The notes: a model not told the origin generated them from the sequence alone. A DNA stretch of 64,000 bases from Amphiscolops sp. MND2022 (GCA_964187785.1 OZ076420.1:11470001-11534000); one strand, 5' to 3'. Numbered from the stretch's first letter, positions 23,201 to 35,515 are shown. Program-made: numbers and translations.

Positions 23201-23908
23201 TATCAACAACAAAATGTTTAAACGTTTGAACATTATCAACGAGAAGTTGTACGAGGTAGAGTTTATAAAGTCCGATATTGAACACAGAGAGCCAATCATT
23301 GTTGGTTTTTTCATTCTGCAATATGCTAAACTGAGAATCTTGGAGCTCTATTACAACTTTTTCGCCAAGTATTGTGACATTAATAAGTTTGAGGAGCTTG
23401 AAATGGATACAGACTCACTTTATCTTGCATTAGCTGAAGAAAAATTATATGACTGTATTCGTTCTGACATGAAAGCACAAGAAACATGACAAGCGGGAAC
23501 CTGGACTCTCCAAGGAAGAATTTCGCTGCACAGAAATGTTGTGTCTGTGCAGCAAGACGTACTGCTGTTATGACTCTTGTTCACTTAAATTCAAGTTTAG
23601 CAGTAAAGGACCAAACAAGAGAAAACTTGAAAGCAGTGGTGACGGTCCTATGTCCAAATATAGAAAAGTTTTGGAAGACACAGTCAACGTGGCATCAACT
23701 AATCGTGGTTTTCGTACAATTGATCACAATGTGGGTACTTACGAATCGACGAAAAAGGGACTCTCTTATTTTTATCCCAAGCGTATTGTTCAGGAAGATG
23801 GAATTCACACTGGTCCACTAACTATATGATACTTTTATACTTTTAAAAATACATTTGTATTTCATTTATACATTATAATTTAAAATTTTTTTCTACCTAA
23901 ACATGATG
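16786..23908 (+). repeat. Tandem duplication, 3,559-bp period (16786-20344 / 20345-23908)
   Basis: Near-identical copies joined at a GATG microhomology (gttga-GATG-ctgt / acat-GATG-ctgt / acat-GATG-tttt). Confidence 0.95.
20345..23829 (+). pseudogene. pPolB: pPolB copy 2 (5'-truncated duplicate)
   Basis: Same motifs and same lesions as copy 1; retains the 12 bp (NGSLFGYV) deleted in copy 1. Confidence 0.95.
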
Positions 23909-23953
23909 TTTTTCCTCAACACAGAGTATTCAAGTAACTAGCTCAACCTTTAT

Positions 23954-24008
23954 GGCGGATAAAATATACCGCAGGCGGATAAAATTTTCCGCAGGCGGAT
24001 AAAATATT
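23954..24008 (+). repeat. 20-bp subterminal tandem repeat (ggcggataaaat core x3)
   Basis: Core at 23954, 23974 and 23994; no counterpart beside the left TIR. Confidence 0.85.
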
Positions 24009-24020
24009 GCGGGCGCCGTG

Positions 24021-24416
24021 GCAGCCACCAAAATTTAATTTTTCATCCAAAATCTCACAGTGCCGAAAATGTCGCACAGTGCCGAAAAACCCTACAGCAC
24101 CGAAAAACACCCCATTCACTATCTTAAAACATTGCCGAAGCTATTCACTATCTTTATACTTTGACGAAACTATAGCAAATCTCGGCTCCATACATAGAGA
24201 CAAGTCAATCGAAAAAACCCAAGACGAGTCGTCAGCCAATCAGAATCGAACACGAAAAACCCAAGACGAGTCGTCAAACAATCAGAATCGAACAAATATT
24301 AGTCCAGTCTTGGTAAGGGGGTGGAAAACCTTTCTCGGCTCTCGGCTCGCTATAGCCTATGTTAAAACATGGAGGGTCTTCCATCCCCCACCTGATCAGA
24401 TCCTACTCTTACTACT
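24021..24416 (-). repeat. Right terminal inverted repeat
   Basis: Reverse complement of 4723-5121; ends ...ctcttACTACT. Confidence 0.95.
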
Positions 24417-24422
24417 GACGTA
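24417..24422 (+). repeat. Polinton target-site duplication, right copy (GACGTA)
   Basis: Identical to 4717-4722. Confidence 0.95.
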
Positions 24423-27400
24423 GATCGATGACCAAAGACTTAAACTCGTTTACAGCTGCTTCCCGATCCAAACTGTCTAAATAACCAGCTTCCTGGAAAC
24501 AAGCGACCAAGTCCTGAAACAGCTCCACGACGTAATCAGCATTACCTCCCAGCAGCAAGTCCACACTCAGGCAACTGAGAGAACGGACGACCCAGGAGCT
24601 GGCATACGCCGAAGAACTAAGCTGCTTGAGAAACTCCAACAAGAAAGCCTGACACTCCCACAAGAAGGATCGTCGAGGCGCGTCGTCAAAACCACGCAGA
24701 GCCTTTTGAACGCTGGGTTCGCCCTGGAGACACTCAGCGGCAGTAACGTTAGGCCAACTTGTTAGGGGCTTGTCGATATAATCAAACCAATAGTCGATGG
24801 AGGGCAGCTGACTCACTTTCTTAACTTTACATAGAATACTCCAGTAGAAAAAACAGAAGTCAACAAAGTTTCTGCAGGCGTAATAATCTTTCACTGAAGG
24901 ATCAAACAATTTCTCACAAATGGTCCGAAAACACAACAACACAACATGCAGCAAAGCAAGACGAGGTAGCTCCAGACGATCCGAACAAAGCAAAGAATCG
25001 CGATCGACCACTTTGATAGATTTCTTCATCAAGAGCACATCATTCGCAAGACAATTCTTCACGTCCGACCAGTTTTCTAACAATTCCTCCAGGACATCCC
25101 ACAATGCATCAAATGGGACCGCACCATCTTCAAGACAGAGACGAAATCGTGGTAGATTCAGGAGCCATGCCTGATGACGAACCCGCTTCAAGCGCTGCGC
25201 CAAATATCCTATAACGGCAAATGGATCCACTGACCCAACACACGAGATGCCAGACTCGTTCACAAGCCCACGCAATTGAACCCCATCAAAAGATACTGCG
25301 ACCAATTAACAGGCCGCCCGACAGAACAGCACCAATCAACGTAAGCGTTGAAAAGGACAGGAGGGCAATTCTCTACAGCAAAAGTCCTCGACGAGTCGAC
25401 ACCAGTGACAAGGCCCGAGACAAACACTGAACCTCAGCCTCACAGGAAACAGCAGCCTGATCCTCGTCCACGATACAAATCTCTCGGGTAGAATTATCGG
25501 GGCAGCATCGGACGATGCACTTCACACCGGAGTGCGAAGACTGCAGCGCCAATCTAAAAGGGCTGTCCCCTAGCCCTGATTTTACTCGTCGCAACACACG
25601 AGGATACAGAGTCTGTACCAGTACCACTAAGGTCTCGGTCTTGCTCCAGGTCACCGACGCATAAGGACTTTCAACCGGCAGTGTGGTCCTGAATTGGTTC
25701 CATAGCCGGCGCAAGAAAACTTGGGATCCGCCACTACTCAAAAGCTCGAGTAAACAACCCACAAGCGTCGTAGATGGCACATTGAACGGGACGCCAACAA
25801 ATGCATCCACCTCGTCCTCGAGAAATTTGTTCATCTTGCCTAGAGTGATTGGAGGCGTCTTCTCAATTTCTTCCCGCAACTCTGCTGATATTCCACTAAG
25901 GGGAATGGCATCAAAACTCTCTGTATATATCACGTCCTCATGGTCAAACTGATACCTCCGATCTTTCAAATAGTTGCCGTTGCATTTGAAGTGACTCCAA
26001 ATGCGTCGGGGCCCTCGCGACAGGAACGAGACATCTTTTTGATAGACGGCACAATTGAACCCGTTCGGATTTTTGTCGTTGCGTCGGCTGACGAACAAGC
26101 GCGGGATAGGATGGCTACTCATAGCCTTGGTCAGGACATGACGTTCAGTCTGCCGCTTGGCTTTTTCCTCGTCGCGAGTCAATAGCTTCTCTTTCCGATC
26201 TTCAACAGGTTCCAGGATGCGGCCGGGATCACTGGCATCAATCCCTTTCGCTTTGGGTAATCGCGACAACTCCTCGAATTCTAAACACGACATTTTTCAA
26301 ACAACAAGCAAACAATACCAGACATACAAAACTACACACTAAGAGCACAACCGAATGACGAAACAACAATCACAGGAAAAACACAAAACAGTCCAACAAA
26401 CCGTTGATAGAATAGAAATACAGAAGGAATACTTACGCTTAGCCAAAGTCTTTGTCTCTTTCATGGTCTCAGTCCGTTCACTCCGAGCAGCACATTGAGC
26501 AAGCATTACACATTAGCATTACACATTTTGCGGCGGACATCATCATGGGGGATCCAGGAGGGACAGACTCCAACCCAGCTAAAAAGGAAAGGCAAACCGT
26601 AAGTATACAGCCAACGAAAACCAAGAAAGGACAACTAAGCGATAACAGAAAACACTAAACAACTTCCAGAAACCCAAAACCACCAATGTAAACTCAATTA
26701 AATCGTGGAAACAAGTAACTATACCTTTTTCCTACTCATTGTGGATGTGTGATGGCTCCAGACCAACTGCAGGGCAACCATGCTGAGTCCTCGAGAATCG
26801 CATCTGAAGATCTGGTAAAACTGAGACAGTTTCACTCTCGAGAGCAAGCGTATCCAGAGACTGCTCACAGACGAATACATCACTTTCACCTGATGAAGGC
26901 AACACAGCTTGTGACCCAGGATCAGCGACTATAACACAACCACTACTAAATATGTGAAGAGGGGACATTGAATAACCACAATAAACATACATCCATAAAT
27001 CTTTGATGCCATACAATAAGAATGAAGATAGAATACCTACTTTCAAGTGTTCTGGATGCAGAAATGGTGGGAGGCTCATCGTCGTCCCCAGAACTGTCGC
27101 ATAGTGTTAGGGGAGTACGAACAGTCCCAGACATAAACTCAGACAGCTTCACCCGTCTGGCAGGTCCCGCGCTCCCAACAGAAGGCACGCGACTGGCACG
27201 ACGCTTTTTCTTACTCTGTGATCGGGTACTGGAAGAAGGACAATAGTCAACATCAAGCTCATCATCAGTCACTAAAGAAAAGTAGAGAACGAGGAACGCG
27301 TTCGAATCACCTAGAAAAAGCTGGCCACCTATCAATTTCTAGAAAAAGATTACCTTTCTTGTTGGCAAGATAGTCAAGACCATGCCGGTCATCGCTAGTT

Positions 27401-27690
27401 GCAGAATCTAAAGTCCCAGTCTCAGCCTGACGCTCCACATCCTCACTATCCACGTCATTGTCAACATTTTTTGCGTCAAAAGCACAAACTTTCGGAACAT
27501 CAGCACCGGATCCAGCCTCTTCAGTCTCATCCTTCTCACCACTTCCAGTAGCTTCCTTCTCCCCACGAACGACAGACTCGACAAAAGACTCAGTTTCAAA
27601 TTCACTCTCTAATATCCCAGCTCCACGACTCTGATGCTGAATGACCTTGTCCTCTTCAGTAGCACTTCTGTCTCAAATCTTTCTGAAAAA
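24423..27690 (-). pseudogene. Multi-exon hAT-transposase-derived gene (5' and middle part)
   Basis: Introns 27311-27353, 26929-27040, 26579-26724 and 26281-26436 (all GT-AG, all phase 1); internal exons 270, 204 and 142 nt (129 after removing a 13-bp tandem duplication at 26502-26527). Protein: acidic region, FNCAVYQKDVSFLSRGPRRIWSHFKCNGNY (BED/U1-type Zn-finger-like, degenerate), then a hAT-like helical/RNase H pattern (DSPFRLALQ, LWDVLEELLENW, SLSCLS, AAVNEF). Confidence 0.75.
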
Positions 27691-27716
27691 TACCAATCAC
27701 AATAACACGATGAAGG

Positions 27717-27898
27717 TGTGGCGTAAAACCATGGAAATATTAGTATTACAAGTTATCAACTATATAAGGAGAGTTGTTCAGTCTGCTAGCTGAACAATTC
27801 AAAAAGCTCAACACAAACGGTGTGAACAGATTTTCAGGACGCTGGATTAATCAGTTATATTGCAGATCAACTGATATTCAGCTTGCTACTGAAACAAA
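27717..27898 (+). promoter_or_regulatory. Putative LTR/bidirectional promoter region
   Basis: TATATAAG at ~27761; hairpins TTGTTCAG..CTGAACAA and ATCAGTT..AACTGAT; lies between the - strand gene and a + strand ATG at 27899. No second LTR copy in the window to confirm. Confidence 0.35.
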
Positions 27899-28440
27899 AT
27901 GTATAATCCAAACTTGAACGATCAAACGAATGAAAATGTCTTTATTCTCGACCGCAACCAGCTAGCACAGCCAAGTCAAAGGCCCGGTACACCGACGCCT
28001 AATTATAATATAATTACTCCACCGCGGACTACTATTACTTATGATATAGTCAAGACAGCAGATCTACACGTGGTCCTTGTTCACGAACAACCGCCTATTG
28101 ACACTACAAACGTGGAAAACGAACAAGGCACAATAAGACAATTCACCCAAGACAATCCGGTCATTCCTGACGGACGATGTTTTTCTGAGCCCTATTAGCT
28201 CTTACAGCAGCTCAGAGGGATATTGTTCGGGCAGTGATTGGGATACAGACTCCATTTGGCGGTCATACGACTCAATGCGGGACAATCTACCGACCCTATT
28301 CGAAACACCAATCCCTTCTATCTCCCAATTCCTTCTCCCTGACGAGACATCGCAAAGAAGCCGAGGACTGTCACAGCCCCAGATAAGCTGTGAACACTGC
28401 AACGAACCAAGCGCAGTCTATGGAGAAGGAAAATGGGAAT
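27899..28440 (+). pseudogene. Gag-N-terminus-like low-complexity ORF fragment
   Basis: ORF 27899..28198 continues after a frameshift into 28275..28496 (SSYSSSEGYCSGSDWDTDSIWRSYDSMRDNLP); ends where AT-rich DNA begins. Confidence 0.3.
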
Positions 28441-30894
28441 ATAACAAGGGAAAGAAAACAGTAAGCAAACTACAAAAAATTAACATACTAGACTAAAATA
28501 TATATGGAGCTAATTTATACTAAATAGTACTTAAAACGGCGCTAAATAATATAATAATTAAAAGGAATTATATTTCAATATTTATATATACTTACATACA
28601 GTGTACTAACCGATATAAAACTATTTGTGCAGTTAATAGTTTTAATACAGTGCTATATAATTAATAGTAATCGAACCACACCGCTTAGCAAGCAGCCTGA
28701 GAAATTAATGGCGGAACTGCGGCCTGGCGACCGGCCTCAAATTTGTGCAGCGAGGCGGCGGCCTGGTAAGCGGCCTGAGAATTGAAAGCGCGGCGCGCTT
28801 TAATCCATTAAGTAAAAGCGTTGCTATTGAACACATGTAAACGTATTAATGTTTGGAAAGACAATTAGCAAGGCGCTATACATGTAATTGTTCAAATAAA
28901 CAAACATCTGTGCTGAATTTGAAATACCATGTACTGTGGCCCAGGACGCGGCCTGAAATGGAAACATGAAATCCATTGTACAAATGGAAAATGATGTTGC
29001 TACGAGTGATTTTCCTTGTCCCAAGGAAATTAAAGTGTAATACACGTGACTGTAAATGATAATTGTTTATTGCATGTAATTTATAACAAGTTTACTCATG
29101 TAAACTACGTTTAATTGCTGAATATATTAAACCATGGCCCAGACCTCGGCCTGGGATTAAATTTCTTGACCTGTACAATTTAATAACTCTGAACGGCCTG
29201 TATTACCTTTTTCAAGCCAATTACCGTTTTATCGAACTAATCAGTACTCTGGATAGTTATTTTAAGATAATTTGCTCCATGTTAAATTCCAATCGTTGCT
29301 ACCTTAACCTTTTTTGCTATGAGAAATCAATTATTTTCCTAATCGTCCTAAACCGCTGTCCAGGACTAGGATTTTCATCTCTCTCAATCAATGCTGCTAA
29401 CGGTGTTGTGAGTGCAATTACGGACCAATTTGTTGTCCTACCAGCATAATTAACTTAATCGTCGTTTTGTGCAGTAGTTAAATTAACTGGATTAATTTGG
29501 AAAATTTCCCATTTTCCATCGTTGTTTTGTTTCATCATTTCGCCCTTTGGGCGCGTGCAATGAATCACTTTTGACATTTTGTTCAGCTTCGGCGTCCTGA
29601 AGAGGCGGGAATTGGAGGCGAAGGGAAGCGGAGTTGCAGCTCAGACAACAAGTGGACACCTGCTTTCCTTAGAAAGCATGAACAAACTGAAAGTCTGAGT
29701 TCGACAAAGCAGAACTGAACTTCCTGTTTCCTCGCCTTGGAAGGACGCCATCTAGAAGTGAATCACGTTGACACTGAAAATCAAGCATCGACATCTAGAT
29801 CGACTGCGCTGAACGAGTTGACCAAAGATGAGAGTCAACAAACGTGTATCTTGCTATACCCCGTGAGATAAGTTTTGAGACAAATTTAAAATGACTGTTA
29901 TCTTTGTCCAATCAAATTGCTTCACGTTTTATATTAGCGATTTAAATATATACATTTAGACAAACCTATATCTTGATAAGATTTTGTTAACATTGTTTAT
30001 GAGCCAGAGAGGAAACACCAAGCTCGCTTCCGTGTTTCTTCAAACTTTATTCAGAAAAAAACTGAAAGTACTCTATAATACTGGAATCCCCCATCCACAT
30101 GTTTAAACAATTAGAAGCTTCGTTATCTCGGGCTACAGTGTACAGGTCAATTTAACCCCTCAAGGCAGGAGAACCTCGAAGATGCAAAAAGATCAATACG
30201 TCCATTACGCCATTTGCAAACTAAGGTTTAGCAATTTCAGCTGAAGAGATCCGACAAAAACTCTTACAAAGGCGAGATGTCGAAGCAAGTGCATTTTACA
30301 CTTCAGAGGTTTCTGGATAAATGTGGGTTGAGTTAAACGAACAAGACACAAACGTTGTCACAGTACGCGTCCGGACTGGCTTGTGGTTTTTAAAAGTTGG
30401 GATTGGAAGATGTCATGGATGCGTCTCTAAACTGCCGGGAGGGAACTTCAACTGTTAGTTTTAAACTCAGATTAAAATAAAATGTGACTTGATAGGAAAT
30501 ATACGTCCATTTCGCGCAAATCTAAAATAAAAATGACTACTAAAATGAACGGATTGAAACAATTTCGCACATTGCCGCTAAGACTTTTAAGCCATGATAA
30601 AATGAAAACATTCTCCACCTGAAAACTAGAATAAAATACGTCTTGCAGTGGAGATCATAGTCTAATCTAAACGAAAAGTGCAAACAGAAATCAGCTTTAG
30701 AAAAGAACATAGACAGATCTAAAAAGACAAATATATAGAAACGCACACGGAAGCAATGACGCCTTTCTGAGAAAAGGCAGCTTAATTGCACTTTCAAAGG
30801 CAATTAATGCCGACTAGGACTACGTTGCGTCGTTAAGTAAACAAATATGGCAGCAAATATTATTATTTGTGACGACACAACTCCATCGAGATAT

Positions 30895-31038
30895 AGCTAG
30901 ATTTCATTCCAAATCCTGGTCAACACTACGTCACTGCTATGGCAGCTAGCTAAGTTTCATTCCAAATCCTGGTCAACACTACGTCACTGCTACGGCAGCT
31001 AGCTAAGTTTCATTCCAAATCCTGGTCAACACTACGTC
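30895..31038. repeat. 53-bp tandem repeat x~2.7
   Basis: tttcattccaaatcctggtcaacactacgtc at 30902, 30955 and 31008. Confidence 0.9.
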
Positions 31039-32014
31039 GCAAATTTATAAAAGTAAGAGTATGAACGTTATTAAATTTAAGAATGTGAAACATTTTGACA
31101 GGAATTACTAGGTATGCCCGGACTCATCGGAGTTGAACCACGTTAATTAACAAGGAAATTATAGCAGGATCATATTCTCACGTCACGTTTGCGATAACGG
31201 ATAAGTTTTACTGAAATAAGCCGAATTTTACGTCCACTTTTCGTCATGTAAGAATAAAATCTTTTGGGAAAAAAGTAAAATGCCTGAGACGTCGAAATCA
31301 AGAAACTTGTTTAAGTACGCATGCATGAAAGGTCACAGTTTATATACAACGTGGAACAAAGTAGTTGTGTTTTGTGATACGAGAATCTTTTTGTATTTGT
31401 GACACTATATTTTTAAACAATGCTGTTCACCTATAATGCAATAGTCCAAAACTGTCGTCATCTTGTTGTGACCTAAAACGGACTCAACGGACCTAAAAAC
31501 GGCATCAAGTGCGTTGTAGTAATGCATTATATTGTAATATTGTCAGATAAATAATTTTTGTGCCTGTTACCAGTTCAAAGGTGAATTTCACCAGCAATCA
31601 AATTATGTTGCGCAATATTACTAAATGTTTGTTGAAACGTTGTATTTCAATACTGTTCATTCGTTTCGTGAAGATATCAACATTATTTTGACGCTAATTA
31701 TGGTTTTTATTCTAGCAAAGAGATTTAATTTATTAAAACAATTAACCTTTGATCACATCATTGAGCTTCTACTTTTCTAGCATCATTCAGATATTCATAT
31801 TTTAAAAGATTAGTCATATTTATCCTAGTTGAAAATCAAAATCAGGTAATATTTAATCACGTCATCGTCATTGCGAAACAAAAGGACGCCAGGATGAAAT
31901 GATATGGTTATGTTTGATGACTAATACGAAACTAAGACCTTGGTGTCTTGCAATTTGACGAAATGTTGACGTAAATTGGAAATCTAAATGAATTTTCCCT
32001 AAAATACAGGAAAT

Positions 32015-32214
32015 NNNNNNNNNNNNNNNNNNNNNNNNNNNNNNNNNNNNNNNNNNNNNNNNNNNNNNNNNNNNNNNNNNNNNNNNNNNNNNNNNNNNNN
32101 NNNNNNNNNNNNNNNNNNNNNNNNNNNNNNNNNNNNNNNNNNNNNNNNNNNNNNNNNNNNNNNNNNNNNNNNNNNNNNNNNNNNNNNNNNNNNNNNNNNN
32201 NNNNNNNNNNNNNN
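32015..32214. other. Assembly gap (200 N)
   Basis: Run of N. Confidence 1.
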
Positions 32215-34941
32215 TAACATCCAACAAGTCTTAAGCAGCTCACATCCTGAACTGGAGCTTGCTAAGCTTTAGATTACACATGCAAAATTAGGACTTTTTG
32301 GTACGCCTGTACCACTTCGGTTTGTAACACAATTTCCCGAGTCGCTTCGGCGGTTATTGTCGCGTACCATTTTTAGGGTTGCATTATGTTGCTTTTTCGA
32401 ACCCAATTTTACAATTTCAGCGAGCGTACGGGTCACCTAAGTGTTTTGAAATTTCAACGTTCTTGAATTAAAAGTCGGAAACTGTAGGATGTTGCTAGAG
32501 AATTCAAAGTCAAGTTTCTTAGCCGAGGGGGAAGAAGCGAACGTGTAGTGCCTGTTTCAGCACAGTATGGTCTCACAGCCTATTTTGTCACGGCCATCTA
32601 TAAAATGTGATGACTACCGCTGTTCCACAGTGGGAAAAACCTAATTTTGTGAAATAAGAGCATCGGTAGCCTTTCTTGTGCGTTTACAGTACAATTCGAA
32701 TAGTCCAAAAGAAGCCGTTATAAACTTTAGACACAAAAGAGGCAGTTGGCACTTTCCACTGCAAACTCCGGACTTGCTTTTGCAGCGAAAACACCTTTTA
32801 ACATATCACTGTTTAGCCGGTGCCAATTTAAATCAACAAACGAAAATCCAAAGAAGCTATAGTTAAGTAATTCTACAACATTTTGGATACAAACATCCCT
32901 TTCATCTTTACAATATAGAATGTGAGCTCGCATCGGCTTGAAACCATTTTCACTACTTTGGCGCCGTAATTTGGCATTCGTCTGCTTTATTTGAAACAGT
33001 GTTGCGCGATCATTAGAAACACGTACTTGTGCAAATCAAACTCTTGAATTTTTGAAAAACAAAAAACTTTGTTTTGGTTGCGAGGTCGGGAGTCAACTCT
33101 TAAAGCCCGTTCGCGGTTCAAGATTTACTATTGTAATTGAATTTCCTAATCAAGACATACGTTTTTCACTCAACGAGTGATCTAGAACATGCTGCGCACT
33201 TTTCGGCACGGAGCAACGCCTAGCACACACATTGACGTAGACTCGGAGTCTCATTTTGCGTGAAACGATAGGAGAGGATGCGAAAATTTTGTTGAGAGCC
33301 AGACTAGTGGAGTTTAAATCAAATTGTAGTTTAAATCAAATTGTTACCAACAAAATCACCTATGTTGAGTGAAAGAGAGCCATAGCGAAGTGCAGAGGAC
33401 CAGTTAAAGAGCCATGTACATAGAAAAAAGTCAGAAACGTCATGTGAACAGAAGAAACAATCACTGCAAAATGTGACGTCGGAACTCGTTTCTGATCCAG
33501 ACAGGCAGGAGAGGCCTTCGCATACTAATTTCCCCATCGAAAGTTACTTCAATACTTCCTATTTTTGAGGTCAAATGTCTGATAACCTGTCCAAACCTGA
33601 GGGAGTTCCCAATTTCCATGCTTCGAAAAAAGAACGAAACAGAAAGATGAGTGGTTCCATAAACTCCGGAGTCTCGAGCCAGCCCAAACTCATTTTGTGC
33701 TAGTTCCGATTGACTAAAAATCAACTTTTTTACTTCAATAAATGCACGTTTTGTACGAGATCACACAAAACCGATTCCACATTCGATGCAAGCAATCATC
33801 GTTCTGTAACTTGTTTAGCGTATAAAAACTGCACTCAAGTGTGTACTGCACTGCACTGTGCGAAGTTAAGTACCTTCATTTCGAATTTTGCTTCGAGAAA
33901 AGAAATTTTATAAAAGGGTCCCTAATTCACCAAAACTTTAACATTTTGAAGTCCTTTTGCCCTTTTTGAGCTTTAGATATGGCGCCGACTGGGGCTGGTC
34001 CCGGATTGTTTTTCCTCGGATACAACGGGGACTTGTTGTATGTGGAAGACATCTGGCTCCAGACGTTTCCGTATGTCAGTTTCCTTTCTACTAATGTCTG
34101 GCATGTTTCTATTCGTGACTTGTTTCACGATAAAAATTATGGTGGCCTGAGGATTTTCTGAATTTTTTCTCCAGATACTCACTTTCCAAGGAATTTGCAG
34201 ACATTCTTCCCTTGTTGTTTCAGCTCAGTAACCAAACGCAAACATTGCAAACGCGAATAACGTCTCTTTCGGTTAGAGAGCAATCAGTTTGAACTAATAA
34301 CTGAATGACATGTAGTATCATCAGCCAGACCAAAAATTAAATGACAAACAACAAGACGATGATTCATCAATATAGTTAATTATATGGGCAAAACGTTAAC
34401 ACTTCACGATCTTTCTTCGTCAGCACATTCAAACTGAAAGCCGTAACAGAATACACAAAACGCAGAGGAGCTAAAACTGAACCTTCAAGTGTCGAATAAC
34501 TAACATCCCCAACTGTGTCCTCATTTCAATTCCAAGCAGCTAGCTAACTTTTGATTTGTGTTTTCGTTCTCCGCGCACCTAGTGGACCTAATTTTACAGC
34601 GTTTAGAACCCGACCAAAGTTGACGTATTAGTAACTCGATTAAGTTAATAACAAATTTTTGAAAGTTGAATTAGTTTCTCGAGTAGATTTTGAAGCGCAG
34701 ATGTTTTTTCGGCATTAGTGGTATCTAACTTGCAAAAATAACGTTGTGTGGAAACTCGAGCCGTGCATTCTCTTCAACCAATTTCTTTTACGCTGCGGTC
34801 ATTTTAGGTTTATGTTGCAAAAGGCACAAAAAGATTGAAATTGTCATGTGAATATCACGAATGGAAAAAAATCACTTTGATACACATTAGATTCCGAAGT
34901 CATCTTCTTGATGGAGAAGCGCCCCGGGCATCACTCTTGAC

Positions 34942-35515
34942 CAGGGGCGGTCAAAATTGATTGCGCATCCATTAAATAGCAATTAAATGAAATAGTAAAT
35001 ATCAATTATCAATTAAATGATACAATCCAAAACTGAATTGCAATTAATTGCAAATCGAAAACAAAAGTTTTCAGCAACGACTTTGGACACGAGTTCATTA
35101 TCCCAGTACTTTTTGTTAATTTTCAGAAATAGCTGCATTTCCAGATTTTGCCTCAACAAATTTTGCCGCAGTTCAGAATAGGCATTTTCCGCAGTACTAA
35201 AAAATGTTTCAGGCAAATTCGAAGTGGGAAGTAGAAAATGTGAGTTCATATATCGGGGTTGAGATCGCGAAACCCCTGTGGCTATTTTTCTTTCCTTTAT
35301 AATACTTGCTGCAAAGTCGCTCTCATTTTCAGGATTCTGTGTTTCTTCTCGGTCGGATGTCTCTAAGACACAATCAATTTGAAAGTCTGCGAGGGTGTCA
35401 GTTGTACAGTTCTGAATTTTGGTTATGGCATTCTCAAATTCTGGTGGGTGGATGATTTTGGAATCAGGTTTCAGGTACTTTGACATAATTGGGTAGTCAG
35501 TGCACATTCAAAAAT
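34942..35515 (-). mobile_element. hAT DNA transposon 3' fragment
   Basis: ORF 35013..35507 with FLLPTSNLPETFFS...RQNL...NLEMQLFLKINKKYWD (hAT C-terminal dimerisation motif); TIR-like CAGGGGCGGTCAAAAT at 34942. Confidence 0.7.

Larger units (their letters stand above)
4723..24416. mobile_element. Polinton/Maverick (adintovirus-like) element, 19,694 bp, degenerate
   Basis: 5'-AGTAGT...ACTACT-3' termini, ~400-bp TIRs, 6-bp TSD, and MCP, mCP, integrase, ATPase and pPolB remnants. Confidence 0.97.

Noticed and set aside
16026-23829. Bacteriophage (phi29/tectivirus) interpretation of pPolB, ATPase and capsid genes
   Set aside because: Retroviral-type integrase, 6-bp TSD, AGTAGT TIRs, C2H2 fingers and spliceosomal-intron context indicate a eukaryotic Polinton.
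24007-24423. 138-aa + strand ORF
   Set aside because: Lies entirely in the right TIR; repeats in the peptide mirror TIR repeats.
29580-29870. GC-richer stretch resembling a BEL/Pao gag start
   Set aside because: No ORF of 60 aa or more, no LTR or PBS; unsupported.
30895-31038. 53-bp repeats as a CRISPR array
   Set aside because: Contiguous tandem copies with no unique spacers, no cas genes, eukaryotic context.
31868-32243. ORFs containing runs of X
   Set aside because: Artefacts of the 200-N gap.
33300-34230. Possible host exons or decayed ORFs on both strands
   Set aside because: In-frame stops, no recognisable motif and no consistent splice model.
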